From sequence record MH051918: a stretch of 50,048 nt of DNA; one strand, written 5' to 3'. The translations under genes were made by a program, and so were the position numbers. Origin of the DNA: Escherichia phage vB_EcoS_IME347. The notes under the pieces are model-generated. The model saw only the letters and a program-made list of their open reading frames with translations, had not been told where the DNA came from and ran no database searches. Below, one piece after another: positions 15,523 through 24,715 of the stretch; the first letter of the stretch is position 1, and every line of letters begins with the position of its first letter.

Positions 15523-16017
15523 ATGTCTGATTATGGTAATTTGTCTTTGGGGGTTAGCTGTCCCGGCCTCCTGTCCGATACGTCGGACTATAATATCGAC
15601 GGCGCTTGTGTGGCTCGTGGGGAAATTCCTTTTGGTGTCGCTGTTCAGGTTGTCGAGATCGTGGATGGTGTCAAGGTTGTCTCCGCGCTGAGTGACGGCA
15701 AGCCGTATGGTGTGTCGATGCGATCGCAATACGAAAACTTGTCGGGCGTGGTTCAGGACGGCGAACCTGTGAGCGTTATCTCTCATGGTCGAGTTTGGGT
15801 TCGCACCTCTCTGGAGGATTCGCCCGCTTTCGGTGAGAAGTTATCCTTCGAATCTGGCGGAGAAGTATCTGAGGCCGGGGAGGCTGGCTGGCCTTTCGCT
15901 GGAGGTTTCGTTAAGTTTGGTGAGGGCTGGATTGTAGAGGTTCAGGTTTTGCAAAACCGATACTACATCCCACCTGAGCCGGAACCTGAACCAGAACAAG
16001 ACCCGGAAGAGCCGTAG
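15523..16017 (+). CDS. capsid-associated protein, paralog 2, with Pro/Glu-rich C-terminus ending at an amber codon
   Basis: Paralogous to 14988..15464; the C-terminal PEPEPEPEQDPEEP is followed by TAG and then 20 further in-frame Pro/Glu-rich codons up to TAA at 16078-16080. Confidence 0.5.
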   Translation: MSDYGNLSLGVSCPGLLSDTSDYNIDGACVARGEIPFGVAVQVVEIVDGVKVVSALSDGKPYGVSMRSQYENLSGVVQDGEPVSVISHGRVWVRTSLEDSPAFGEKLSFESGGEVSEAGEAGWPFAGGFVKFGEGWIVEVQVLQNRYYIPPEPEPEPEQDPEEP

Positions 16018-16100
16018 CCGGAAGATCCTGAACCGGAAGAGGGAGGCGAAACTGACCCGGAAGAAGGTTCAGAGGGTTAACACAAAAACAGTTTGACGCT

Positions 16101-16118
16101 TTAACAAAAAGTGCTATC
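16101..16118 (-). promoter_or_regulatory. intergenic motif copy (TTAACAAAAAGTGCTATC, reverse variant) upstream of the capsid gene
   Basis: Reverse complement matches the AATAGCACTTTTTGTTAA variant; followed by a hairpin plus T run at 16121-16147. Confidence 0.4.
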
Positions 16119-16167
16119 ATAAAGCCGTTATCACTTAACGGCTTTTTTCACAAAAGAGGATGTAAAC

Positions 16168-17145
16168 ATGACTAAGAAATATGACGAATTCGAAGCAACC
16201 GTAGTTGGCTCCCACCTGAAGATGCGCGGTGAAAAAGCCGATGCTGATACTCTCGGTATCTGGACTGCTCAGGAGCTTCACAAGCTGAAAAATCAGTCTT
16301 ACGAAAAAGACTATCCGGCAGGTTCCGCTCTGCGAGTATTCCCGGTAACTAACGATCTGTCCCCGGTTGATAAGACCTTCGAATATCAGACCTTTGATAA
16401 GGTTGGTATCGCGCAGATTATCACCGACTACACCGATGATCTTCCTCTGGTTGATGCTATGTCGTCCAGCGAGTTTGGCAAAGTTTTCCGCCTCGGTAAC
16501 GCATACCTGATTTCAATTGACGAAATCAAAGCAGGTCAAGCAACTGGCAAGTCGCTGTCTAATCGCAAGGTTAACGCCGCGCAACTGGCACACGATCAGT
16601 TAGTCAACCGCCTGGTGTTTAAAGGTTCTGTTCCTCACAAAATTGTGAGCGTGTTTAATCACCCGAACATTACCAAGATCACCTCCAAAGGCTGGACGTC
16701 AACCGCTGGTAGCGTAGTAACCAAAAACCCGGAAACCGCAGAAGAAGAACTGACGGCGGCTATTGAGTCGATCCAGACTCTGACGATGGGCGCACACCGT
16801 GCAACGCACATCCTGATCCCGCCGTCAATGCGCAAGGTTCTGACTGTTCGTATGCCTGACTCCACTGAAAGCTATCTGGATTACTTCATGAAGCAGAACG
16901 GCGGAATCACCATCGAATCAATCGCGGAACTGGAGGATATCGACGGCGCTGGCACGAAGGGTGCTCTGGTTTACGAGTACGACCCGATGAATATGTCCAT
17001 CGAAATTCCTGAAGCGTTCAACATGCTTCCTGCGCAGCCGAAAGACCTGCACTTCAAAGTGCCTTGCACCTCTAAGTGTACTGGTCTTACGATTTACCGC
17101 CCACTAACGATTGTCCTGATTACAGGACTTGCAGTAAGCGAGTAA
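16168..17145 (+). CDS. major capsid protein
   Basis: 325-aa ORF with AAGAGGA RBS in the canonical position after scaffold and accessory capsid genes. Confidence 0.7.
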   Translation: MTKKYDEFEATVVGSHLKMRGEKADADTLGIWTAQELHKLKNQSYEKDYPAGSALRVFPVTNDLSPVDKTFEYQTFDKVGIAQIITDYTDDLPLVDAMSSSEFGKVFRLGNAYLISIDEIKAGQATGKSLSNRKVNAAQLAHDQLVNRLVFKGSVPHKIVSVFNHPNITKITSKGWTSTAGSVVTKNPETAEEELTAAIESIQTLTMGAHRATHILIPPSMRKVLTVRMPDSTESYLDYFMKQNGGITIESIAELEDIDGAGTKGALVYEYDPMNMSIEIPEAFNMLPAQPKDLHFKVPCTSKCTGLTIYRPLTIVLITGLAVSE

Positions 17146-17153
17146 ATTGATTA

Positions 17154-17205
17154 CTATAGGGACTCATTAATTTGAGTCCCTTTTTTATTATCTGGAGAAA
17201 CCAAA
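17154..17205 (+). promoter_or_regulatory. late leader module: TACTATAG + hairpin + UUUUUUAUU + GGAG
   Basis: Hairpin gggactcattaatttgagtccc at 17158-17180 followed by a T run and RBS. Confidence 0.5.
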
Positions 17206-17499
17206 ATGGCTAAAGAACAAAAAACCAAAGCAACCGAAGAGCGCGTAGCGATTGTGAACGTCGGAACGGCGCTGATTTTCATCAACGGTGAAAAGCTGAT
17301 GCCGGATCAGGAAATTGAAATTGATGTGGCTCAACTGAAAACCTCCGGCGTTGAATACCTGTTCGGGCAGGGCGTGGTTATTGTCAAAGATAACTCCGCA
17401 TTAACCAATGAAGTGCGAGCACGAATTGAAGCGCGTCGCAAAGAAGATCCTACCGCTGGCAAGTCCCAAAAAGAACTTGAGGACGGCGGCGAGTTCTAA
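17206..17499 (+). CDS. hypothetical head-associated protein (97 aa)
   Basis: ORF directly after the capsid gene. Confidence 0.45.
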   Translation: MAKEQKTKATEERVAIVNVGTALIFINGEKLMPDQEIEIDVAQLKTSGVEYLFGQGVVIVKDNSALTNEVRARIEARRKEDPTAGKSQKELEDGGEF

Positions 17500-17546
17500 A
17501 ACCGGGGCGCTATATGCGCCCTTAATTGTATCTGGAGGAAAGCAAA

Positions 17547-17960
17547 ATGACTGAGCAGGAAACCCAAGAAACTTACAACATCCTCGTTGCACTGGCTCCG
17601 CCTATGCAGAATCTAAACCCCGAGCAGATTAAGATCTGGATTGATTTAGCTAGCGACTACGTTTGCAAGAAGAAGTTCAAAAGTAAATACCTGAAGGCGG
17701 TTGCTCTGTACGCTCTTCACCTGATGGTGCTTGATGGTGCAATGAAGCAATCAACGGAAAGTGTAGAGTCAATGGGGCGGCGTGTAACGTCATTCTCTCT
17801 GAGCGGTGAATTCTCTCAGACGTTCGGTGATGTGTCGAAAACAACCTCCGCTGACGTTTTGGAGCAAACACCTTGGGGCAAGATGTATCGCGCATTGCTT
17901 CGCAAGAGTGGCGGCGGGATGGGTTTATTAACTGGATATCGTGCGGGGTGCAGACGATGA
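17547..17960 (+). CDS. head-tail connector/adaptor protein (putative)
   Basis: ATG at 17547 after GGAGGA; position between capsid and tail genes. Confidence 0.4.
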   Translation: MTEQETQETYNILVALAPPMQNLNPEQIKIWIDLASDYVCKKKFKSKYLKAVALYALHLMVLDGAMKQSTESVESMGRRVTSFSLSGEFSQTFGDVSKTTSADVLEQTPWGKMYRALLRKSGGGMGLLTGYRAGCRR

Positions 17961-18334
17961 ATTACGATTCTGTGAGAAAGCTGGCAAAGGACGGGATTGA
18001 TTTCTTTGCCGATCCTATGCTGGGTGGTGGCGATTGTACGCTTATTCGCGGCGGCGGCGTGAAGATGGTTAACGGGGTTGAGGTTGTTCAGCCTCATGAA
18101 ACCTTCGTCATTCGCGGGGTTATTCGTGATGTAAATTCCCGTGACGTTAACGGCGACACTATCCGGGCTGAAGATAAGCGAGGGATTTTCACCTATCAGG
18201 TAGATATCGCCAAGGGGAACTGGATGCTTATCGAAGGCGTGAAATATGAAGTTGTCGATCCTCGCCCTATAAAACCTTGCGGTGCGGTTGTCGCCTATCG
18301 CCCAATCCTTCGGAGGGTTGCAGTCTATGGCTAA
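17957..18334 (+). CDS. head-tail joining protein (putative)
   Basis: Overlapping ATGA start; synteny. Confidence 0.4.
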   Translation: MNYDSVRKLAKDGIDFFADPMLGGGDCTLIRGGGVKMVNGVEVVQPHETFVIRGVIRDVNSRDVNGDTIRAEDKRGIFTYQVDIAKGNWMLIEGVKYEVVDPRPIKPCGAVVAYRPILRRVAVYG

Positions 18335-18767
18335 CTACGTGATCAGACAATTTCACGGTTCGATTGACGCATGGATAAAGGCCGCACAAAGCGGCCTAGA
18401 AGATGCTGTAGAAATGATGTTGATGGATGTACACAAGGCGTTAGTTATGGGCTCCCCGGTTGATACAGGGCGCTTCCGTGCCAACTGGCAGATAACATTT
18501 AACACCTACCCACTTCATTCACTCAATGCATATGACAAGCAGGGGCAGGACACAATCGCAGAAGGTCAGGCGAAAATCTCCGGGATGTTCCGGCGTGGTG
18601 GCGCTATAACTTCCGTCCACTTCTCCAACCTGTTAATATATGCCAATGCGCTGGAGTACGGGCATTCAAAACAGGCTCCGGCTGGCGTGGTTGGTATTGT
18701 GGCGGTTAGGTTGCGTTCCTTTATGGCTGACGCGATCAGGAAAGCGAGGGCTAAAAATGCACTATGA
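18327..18767 (+). CDS. neck/tail completion protein (putative)
   Basis: Overlapping start; synteny. Confidence 0.4.
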   Translation: MANYVIRQFHGSIDAWIKAAQSGLEDAVEMMLMDVHKALVMGSPVDTGRFRANWQITFNTYPLHSLNAYDKQGQDTIAEGQAKISGMFRRGGAITSVHFSNLLIYANALEYGHSKQAPAGVVGIVAVRLRSFMADAIRKARAKNAL

Positions 18768-19170
18768 ATTATCAGTGGCGGCGCGAGCCGCCCTTGGGGA
18801 ATGGCTGGAGATCCCCGGAAACGAATATCCAGTGGCTTACGAGAGCGTTCCTTTTGAGCCTCCTTCGGACGGTTCCAGTTGGTTAAAATTCGACTACGTG
18901 GAGGCGGAAACCGTTCGAGTCGGACTGTCCCGCAAGTGCTCGTATTATGTGGGGATGGTTCAGGTTGGCATACACTTTGCGCCGGGGTTAGGTATGGACT
19001 CAACCCGGCTACTCGCGAAAAACCTTGCTGATTTTTTCGCAGATGGTAAAATGCTGATTAACGGTTGTTATATCGTGGAGGGTGGAGAGGTTCGCCCTGT
19101 TCAAAAATCTGTGGGCGGATGGTTCTATCCTGTTCGCTTTTATGTTCGTTATGACTCAAAGGGAGTATAA
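18757..19170 (+). CDS. tail terminator-like protein (putative)
   Basis: ATG at 18757 after GCGAGGG; immediately upstream of the major tail gene. Confidence 0.4.
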   Translation: MHYELSVAARAALGEWLEIPGNEYPVAYESVPFEPPSDGSSWLKFDYVEAETVRVGLSRKCSYYVGMVQVGIHFAPGLGMDSTRLLAKNLADFFADGKMLINGCYIVEGGEVRPVQKSVGGWFYPVRFYVRYDSKGV

Positions 19171-19173
19171 ATT

Positions 19174-19836
19174 ATGCATTTACCTAACGGTTCTCAAATT
19201 TTCATCGGCTCCACCGTCGCTAATGCTGTAGATGTAACCAACGTTAGCAACGCTGTCGATCCGGTTTTCTCAATGGCTGACACCTCCGGCTTTTCCGAAA
19301 ATGACTACGTTATCGTAACGTCTGCCGCTTGGGGCAAACTTCAGGATCGAGTCCTGCGCGTTAAGTCCGTAGCTGAGGGCGTAAGCGTAACTCTGGAGGG
19401 TATCGATACAACCGATACTAACGTTTTCCCAACTGGCACCAACCCGGCGAAGATTGCGAAGATTACCGCATGGACTGAAATCCCTTGCGTTCAAGATCTT
19501 TCTCAGGACGGCGGCGAGCAGCAGTTTTACACGTATCAGTGTCTGTCCGACGATCAGGAGCAGCAGTTACCGACGTTTAAGTCTGCCGTGTCTCTGACTT
19601 ACACCTTTGCGCACGAATTTGATAACGCGATTTATCCGATCCTGCGCAAACTGGACGAGTCCGGCGACGTTACCCCGCTGCGAATGTTCATCCCTAAAGC
19701 GCGAGAAATGCGCCTGTGGGCTGGTATCTTGTCTTTCAACGAGATTCCGCAGACCAGCGTTAACGAAATGGAAACTGTTTCTTTGTCCGTTTCCCTGAAA
19801 GGTAAATTCACCTTCCTTTCTTCCGAAACTGAATAA
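19174..19836 (+). CDS. major tail protein (putative, V-like position)
   Basis: 220-aa ORF directly upstream of the chaperone/tape-measure block; followed by an intrinsic terminator. Confidence 0.6.
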   Translation: MHLPNGSQIFIGSTVANAVDVTNVSNAVDPVFSMADTSGFSENDYVIVTSAAWGKLQDRVLRVKSVAEGVSVTLEGIDTTDTNVFPTGTNPAKIAKITAWTEIPCVQDLSQDGGEQQFYTYQCLSDDQEQQLPTFKSAVSLTYTFAHEFDNAIYPILRKLDESGDVTPLRMFIPKAREMRLWAGILSFNEIPQTSVNEMETVSLSVSLKGKFTFLSSETE

Positions 19837-19843
19837 TCCCAAT

Positions 19844-19868
19844 GGGGGCGCTTGCGCTCCCTTTTTTG
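19844..19868 (+). terminator. intrinsic terminator after the major tail gene
   Basis: GC stem gggggcgc-ttgc-gcgctccc followed by a T6 run; an extended -10-like TGTAGAAT lies just downstream. Confidence 0.6.
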
Positions 19869-19948
19869 TTTCTGTAGAATCACTGTATCAAATCAATACG
19901 GCGCTGTTTTAACAAAAAGTGCTATCACACCAATCAGGAGAAATGACA

Positions 19949-20263
19949 ATGGCTAAATTCAAGTTCACTCTGGGCGCACTGCCTGACTTCAAACTTCCAG
20001 TATCGTTCAACATGCCGAACGGCGAAGAAGGTCGAATCGTGTTTACCGTTAAGCACAAGACCGCCGCAGAGATTCAGGAGTTATTCCAGAAAGGTGCGGG
20101 CGATAAAGATTTCGTGATGGAATTGGCTGTGGGTTGGGATATCGCGGACGACGAGTTTAACGAAGAGAACGTAGAGCGACTGATCAACTATTACCCCGGC
20201 TCAATGCTCGCACTGACTCAGGCATACATGAAGGCTCTTGCAGGTCAGCGCGTAAAAAACTAA
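19949..20263 (+). CDS. tail assembly chaperone (G-like)
   Basis: ATG 8 nt after CAGGAG; 104 aa; located between the major tail and tape-measure genes; ends at a slippery A AAA AAC site. Confidence 0.6.
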   Translation: MAKFKFTLGALPDFKLPVSFNMPNGEEGRIVFTVKHKTAAEIQELFQKGAGDKDFVMELAVGWDIADDEFNEENVERLINYYPGSMLALTQAYMKALAGQRVKN

Positions 20264-20580
20264 AACGGGCGGTTTATCTGATGTATCAGAAGCCGCCCAC
20301 GGATGAAGAATTACGATCGGCTGGCTTATCCAGATCTGACTATGAAGGCGAGGAGCCGGAAGAGGTTATCGGCTCCGAAGATATGCTGAAGTCATGGGAC
20401 GTGTTTTGCGCTATGCAAACACAGTGGAGAAGCGCGGGAGCCGGGGCTTATGGCCTTGATTACAATGTCTTGCCGATGCTGTTCAAAATCTATAAAATAG
20501 ACGATGAAGAGCTAACGTTAAATGACGTGCGAGTTATGGAACAGAAAGCATTAGAAATGATGCACCATAACGCAAAATAA
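19949..20580 (+). CDS. tail assembly chaperone G-T fusion via putative -1 frameshift near 20254-20260
   Basis: Heptamer A AAA AAC at 20254-20260 in the G frame; the -1 frame is open from there through ORF 20281..20580; lambda G/GT paradigm. Confidence 0.45.
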
Positions 20581-20584
20581 CAAG

Positions 20585-20606
20585 CCGCCTTCGGGCGGTT
20601 TTTTTG
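20585..20606 (+). terminator. intrinsic terminator-like hairpin before the tape-measure gene
   Basis: gccgcc-ttc-gggcgg followed by a T7 run, then GGAGGA RBS. Confidence 0.5.
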
Positions 20607-20623
20607 TATCTGGAGGAATAATT

Positions 20624-23533
20624 ATGGTCGATAAAGTAGCGGGCTTGTCGCTTGATGTTGACGTGTCGCAAGTCGATCGCGCGGTGAAGTCCCTGAATCA
20701 ATTCGCCACGGCGAACGATAAGGCTGCGGACGCAACCCACGAGTTTTTGAACCAGACCGAGATTGCGAAGCAGAAGGCGAAGGCACACGCAAGCGAGCTT
20801 GCGAAACAGTCTCGCGAGTATGCATCAATCCAAAAGGCGATTGACCCGACGATCAGCAAAATGAACCAGCTTCGTGATACAGCGAAGTCCCTTGATTCTC
20901 TGTGGCAAAAGGGATTCATCCCGGACGATGAATTTTTCCGGCTGAGTGCAATCCTTGAGCAGCAGGAAAACGCGCTGAATAAGAATAAGCTTGCACTGAC
21001 TGAAGAGGGCAGGGCGGCGATCGAAGAGGGGAAGGCTAAAGACCGTGCGGCGGCGGCTGGCGACAAGTTCATAAAACAGTTGCAGGAGCAGGCTGCGGCG
21101 GCTGGCAAAACCTCAACGGAAATGCTGGAGCTAAAAGCGGCTCAGTTGGGCGTGTCCCAACAAGCAGCGCCATTCATCGCGCAGCTTAACGCTCAGTCAA
21201 AAGGGATGAAGCTTGCCGGGTTGTCTGCGGGGCAATACTCGCAAGCGATGCGAATGCTTCCGGCTCAGATTACGGACGTGGTGACTTCCCTTGCATCCGG
21301 TATGCCTGTTTGGTTGGTTGCAATCCAGCAGGGCGGGCAGATTAAGGACTCATTCGGCGGGATCGGTAATACGTTCAAGGTTCTGACTTCGTACATTACA
21401 CCGATGCGAATTGCTCTTGCTGGCACGGTTGGAGTTCTGCTCGGACTCGGTAAAGCGGCGTGGGATTCCTACGAGGCGAACAAGGCTCTGTCCGATTCGC
21501 TTATCCTGACTGGTAATTACGCCGGGAAAACTACAGGGGAGATTCGGGAAATGTCTGAGGCGATCGCGGACGGCACTAGCGCTACCGTTTCAACCGTTCG
21601 ACAGATTGCAACCGATTTGGTTAAGTCCGGGAAGTACACTGGCGATCAGATTAAAATCATCACGGCGGCAACTGCTCAGTGGTCTACGGTTACGGGTGAA
21701 TCCGCTGAGGAAGTGACGGGCTATTTCAAGAAGATTGCAGATGATCCGGTTCAAGGTCTTGCGAAGCTTAACGAACAGTTTAACTTCCTTGAAAAAGGTC
21801 AGTTAACCTACATTTCCGGTCTTGAAAAGACTCAAGGGACGACGGCGGCTGTTACTGCGGCGACGAAGCTTTTCGCTGACACGATGGAAACTCGGTTACA
21901 GAAGATTGCGGACTCCGCAACGCCTCTTGAAAAGATGTGGGCGAACATCAAGAAGTGGGCTTCCGACGCTTGGGGTTGGGTTGGAGATCACACTCGTGGC
22001 GCGTTGAACTTGATCATTGACGTTGTAGCCGGGACGGTTGAGCAGGTTCAGCTAATCCTGAACAAAGGCGACATTGTAATCGGTCAATTCATCGTTAGCG
22101 CTACGAAGGCGATGCAGAAAATTCCGGGGATGGGTGATGTTGGCAACGACATTATCAAGAATCAGGAAAAAGTGATTAACGACGCGATCGCCAACAACAA
22201 GGAGCTTGAGAAGTCCATCATTGAGCGTGACAAGCGGATTCGTCAAGGCGAAATGGGTTACATCAACTCCGAAGGGAAGGAAAACTTAGGCAAGAAGTAC
22301 GCCGATGAAACCAAGGAAGCCGTAGAGAAAGAGGCCGAAGCGCTCAAGAAGAAAGGGAAGGCTCAGAAGGTCATTGTAGATCAGGGCGACAAGATCACGG
22401 AGCAGTACAACGCCGATATCATCGCGCTACAGTCTCAGTTGGAAGTCCTGAAAGAGCACAAGACGATTAACGACTCAATTAGCCAGCAGCGCAAGACGCT
22501 ATGGAACGAGCAAGCGAAAGTTAAGGTTCTGGAGGAGGCTGCAACTCAGCGTGTACTGACGAAGGAAGAGAAATCCTATCTCGCCAACAAGGATAAAATC
22601 CTCGCGCTGGCTGAACAGAAAGCAATTCTCGGTGATCAGATTGTTGCTCAGCAGAAGCTTAACGCCCTGCAAGACGAGTCAACAAAGTACGTACTGAAGA
22701 TGGAGGCGCAGTCGAAATCAATTCGCGAAACGTCCGGCCTCGGTGATATCGCTGCGAAGCGACAAAGGGAACTGGATGAACTGAAGGCGTCATGGCAGGG
22801 CAAAGGCGGAAGTGAAGATGATCCGGCATTGCAGAAGATGATTGAAGCCCGGCAGAAAGTCTACGCCGATGAAGATGCGCAGCGTCAAGATTGGCTGGCT
22901 GGAGCGGAGGCGGCGTTTAACAACTACGGCGAAGCGGCAACCAACATGTATGACAATGTTGGTCAGGTTGCAAGCGAGGCGTTAAACGGAATGTCCACGA
23001 TGATGGCAGATTTTCTCATGACCGGGAAGGCCAACTTCGGAGACTTCGCGAAGAGCATTATCAGCATGATCATTAACATGATCACGAAGATGGTTCTGTT
23101 TAACTCAATCGCTGGCCTGATGGGTGGAAATACGTGGAGTTTTGCAGGTGGCATGGGTGGATTCGCTAACGGCGGTTACACTGGCGACGGCGGGAAGTAC
23201 GAACCTAAAGGCGTTGTTCACGGCGGTGAATTCGTATTCACCAAAGAGGCGACGAGCCGGATCGGGGTTGGAAACCTGACTAAGCTGATGCGCGGCTACG
23301 CTAACGGCGGCTCGGTTGGTAATGCCTCTCGCGGCACGGGGTTAACCCTTTCATCTTCATCCGGTCAGGGAACCTACGTCGATGTTAGCGGGATGAAGGT
23401 TGACGTTAATAACGGAAATGACCCTCGCGGCATGGAGCATGGGATCCGAATGATTTTCAACGAAATGATTAACGACGCTTGCTCTCAGGGTGGTAAAGTG
23501 TACAACTATATCAATGAGAAAACGGGAGGTTAA
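20624..23533 (+). CDS. tail tape measure protein
   Basis: 969-aa ORF, largely Ala/Lys/Glu/Gln-rich predicted coiled coil, with a Gly-rich C-terminal region (GGMGGFANGGYTGDGG). Confidence 0.85.
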   Translation: MVDKVAGLSLDVDVSQVDRAVKSLNQFATANDKAADATHEFLNQTEIAKQKAKAHASELAKQSREYASIQKAIDPTISKMNQLRDTAKSLDSLWQKGFIPDDEFFRLSAILEQQENALNKNKLALTEEGRAAIEEGKAKDRAAAAGDKFIKQLQEQAAAAGKTSTEMLELKAAQLGVSQQAAPFIAQLNAQSKGMKLAGLSAGQYSQAMRMLPAQITDVVTSLASGMPVWLVAIQQGGQIKDSFGGIGNTFKVLTSYITPMRIALAGTVGVLLGLGKAAWDSYEANKALSDSLILTGNYAGKTTGEIREMSEAIADGTSATVSTVRQIATDLVKSGKYTGDQIKIITAATAQWSTVTGESAEEVTGYFKKIADDPVQGLAKLNEQFNFLEKGQLTYISGLEKTQGTTAAVTAATKLFADTMETRLQKIADSATPLEKMWANIKKWASDAWGWVGDHTRGALNLIIDVVAGTVEQVQLILNKGDIVIGQFIVSATKAMQKIPGMGDVGNDIIKNQEKVINDAIANNKELEKSIIERDKRIRQGEMGYINSEGKENLGKKYADETKEAVEKEAEALKKKGKAQKVIVDQGDKITEQYNADIIALQSQLEVLKEHKTINDSISQQRKTLWNEQAKVKVLEEAATQRVLTKEEKSYLANKDKILALAEQKAILGDQIVAQQKLNALQDESTKYVLKMEAQSKSIRETSGLGDIAAKRQRELDELKASWQGKGGSEDDPALQKMIEARQKVYADEDAQRQDWLAGAEAAFNNYGEAATNMYDNVGQVASEALNGMSTMMADFLMTGKANFGDFAKSIISMIINMITKMVLFNSIAGLMGGNTWSFAGGMGGFANGGYTGDGGKYEPKGVVHGGEFVFTKEATSRIGVGNLTKLMRGYANGGSVGNASRGTGLTLSSSSGQGTYVDVSGMKVDVNNGNDPRGMEHGIRMIFNEMINDACSQGGKVYNYINEKTGG

Positions 23534-23536
23534 GTA

Positions 23537-23890
23537 ATGGCAATTGTCGATCGCTTTACGTGGTGTACTCAGGTACAAAGCAACGGCGGCGCAATGACGA
23601 CGGAGAATAACGATCGTGAAGTTGTATTCGGGAACGGCTACCGACAGGTAGCCTCTTCCGGGTTCAATACGGAGCGGAGAATTTTCACCATCGTGTACGT
23701 CGGGGAGGATTGGAAGGACGTGAAAGAGTTTTTGACCGGGCATCGCCTGAAGCCGTTTATCTGGCTCCCTCCAGATGGTGAACTAGGGTTGTTCCTCACT
23801 AAAACCAACACGGTTGCAACCAAGCCGATCGCGCCGGGAGTGCAGGAAGTCACCGCCACTATAACGGAGCAGTTTACATCAATGCAGTAA
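23537..23890 (+). CDS. minor tail protein (lambda M-like)
   Basis: 117-aa ORF immediately after the tape measure; lambda-like gene order. Confidence 0.65.
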   Translation: MAIVDRFTWCTQVQSNGGAMTTENNDREVVFGNGYRQVASSGFNTERRIFTIVYVGEDWKDVKEFLTGHRLKPFIWLPPDGELGLFLTKTNTVATKPIAPGVQEVTATITEQFTSMQ

Positions 23891-23893
23891 CCA

Positions 23894-23920
23894 AAAGCCC
23901 GCCTTGCGCGGGTTTTTTTA
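23894..23920 (+). terminator. intrinsic terminator (cccgccttgcgcggg + T run), twin of 26029-26053
   Basis: GC hairpin followed by a T8 run; the same 22-bp sequence recurs at 26029; an extended -10-like CTGTAGAAT follows. Confidence 0.6.
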
Positions 23921-23962
23921 TAGCTGTAGAATAGATGAACATTTATAGAGGAGGTCAGGAAA

Positions 23963-24715
23963 ATGGCTACAGGAAAAGAGAAGTTTGATAACTGTCTGCA
24001 ATCGCTTTATCCCGGCGAGATTATCACGCTGGTAGAAATTGACGGAACGAAATTCGGGGCGCAGGTCTACCGATTCCATGCGGAGAATATCGCATACTCC
24101 CCGGCTGAATTGCTTCAGGCTGCGGAAACTGGAGTTCTCCCTCCGAAGGAAATCACGTTTCAGGGTGAACAGTACGGCGCTCGCCCGTTCGGGATTTCCG
24201 GGATCTCGTTCACCAGTAACGGCAAGGCCGGGAAACCAAAACTCAGCCTGTCTAACCTTGATTCTCAGGTTTCCGCGCTAATCCGATCCTACAACGGCAT
24301 GATGCAAGCGAAGGTTACAATTTGGGTTGCACCAAAAGACCTGATGGACGACGACGGCAATATTGAGGACGGAGCGTTTCGCAAGCTGGTATACTACATC
24401 GAAAGGCCGGACTATGCAGATCGTAACGTCGCCCGATTCGACTTGACCTCTCCATATGATATGGATGGGTTGATGATTCCGCCGCGCACTTCTCAGAGTG
24501 TTTGCTATTGGGCGCAACGTGGTTGGTATCGTTCCGGCAAGGGTTGCTCGTACAACGGGAGTAACTATTTCGATAAGGACAATAACCCGGTTTCCGATCC
24601 GTCATTGGACGTTTGCGCAGGTACTGTCACGGCCTGTAAACTTCGATTCGGACCCGATGCCCCGCTTGATTTTGGTGGCTGCGCGGTTGCTTCACTACAG
24701 AGGAAATATCAATGA
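23963..24715 (+). CDS. minor tail protein (lambda L-like)
   Basis: 250 aa; C-terminal cysteine cluster (CYWAQ ... GCSYNG ... CAGTVTAC); synteny. Confidence 0.65.
   Translation: MATGKEKFDNCLQSLYPGEIITLVEIDGTKFGAQVYRFHAENIAYSPAELLQAAETGVLPPKEITFQGEQYGARPFGISGISFTSNGKAGKPKLSLSNLDSQVSALIRSYNGMMQAKVTIWVAPKDLMDDDGNIEDGAFRKLVYYIERPDYADRNVARFDLTSPYDMDGLMIPPRTSQSVCYWAQRGWYRSGKGCSYNGSNYFDKDNNPVSDPSLDVCAGTVTACKLRFGPDAPLDFGGCAVASLQRKYQ

Noticed and set aside
15474-17180. T7-type single-subunit RNA polymerase promoters (TATAGGGA-like sequences)
   Set aside because: Matches cover only 8-9 nt of the 23-nt class consensus and no phage RNA polymerase gene is present in the window; more likely host promoter or terminator elements.
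20281-20580. ORF 20281..20580 as an independent gene
   Set aside because: It lacks a convincing RBS and lies in the -1 frame immediately after a slippery heptamer at the end of the G-like gene; interpreted as the T part of a G-T frameshift fusion rather than a separate gene.
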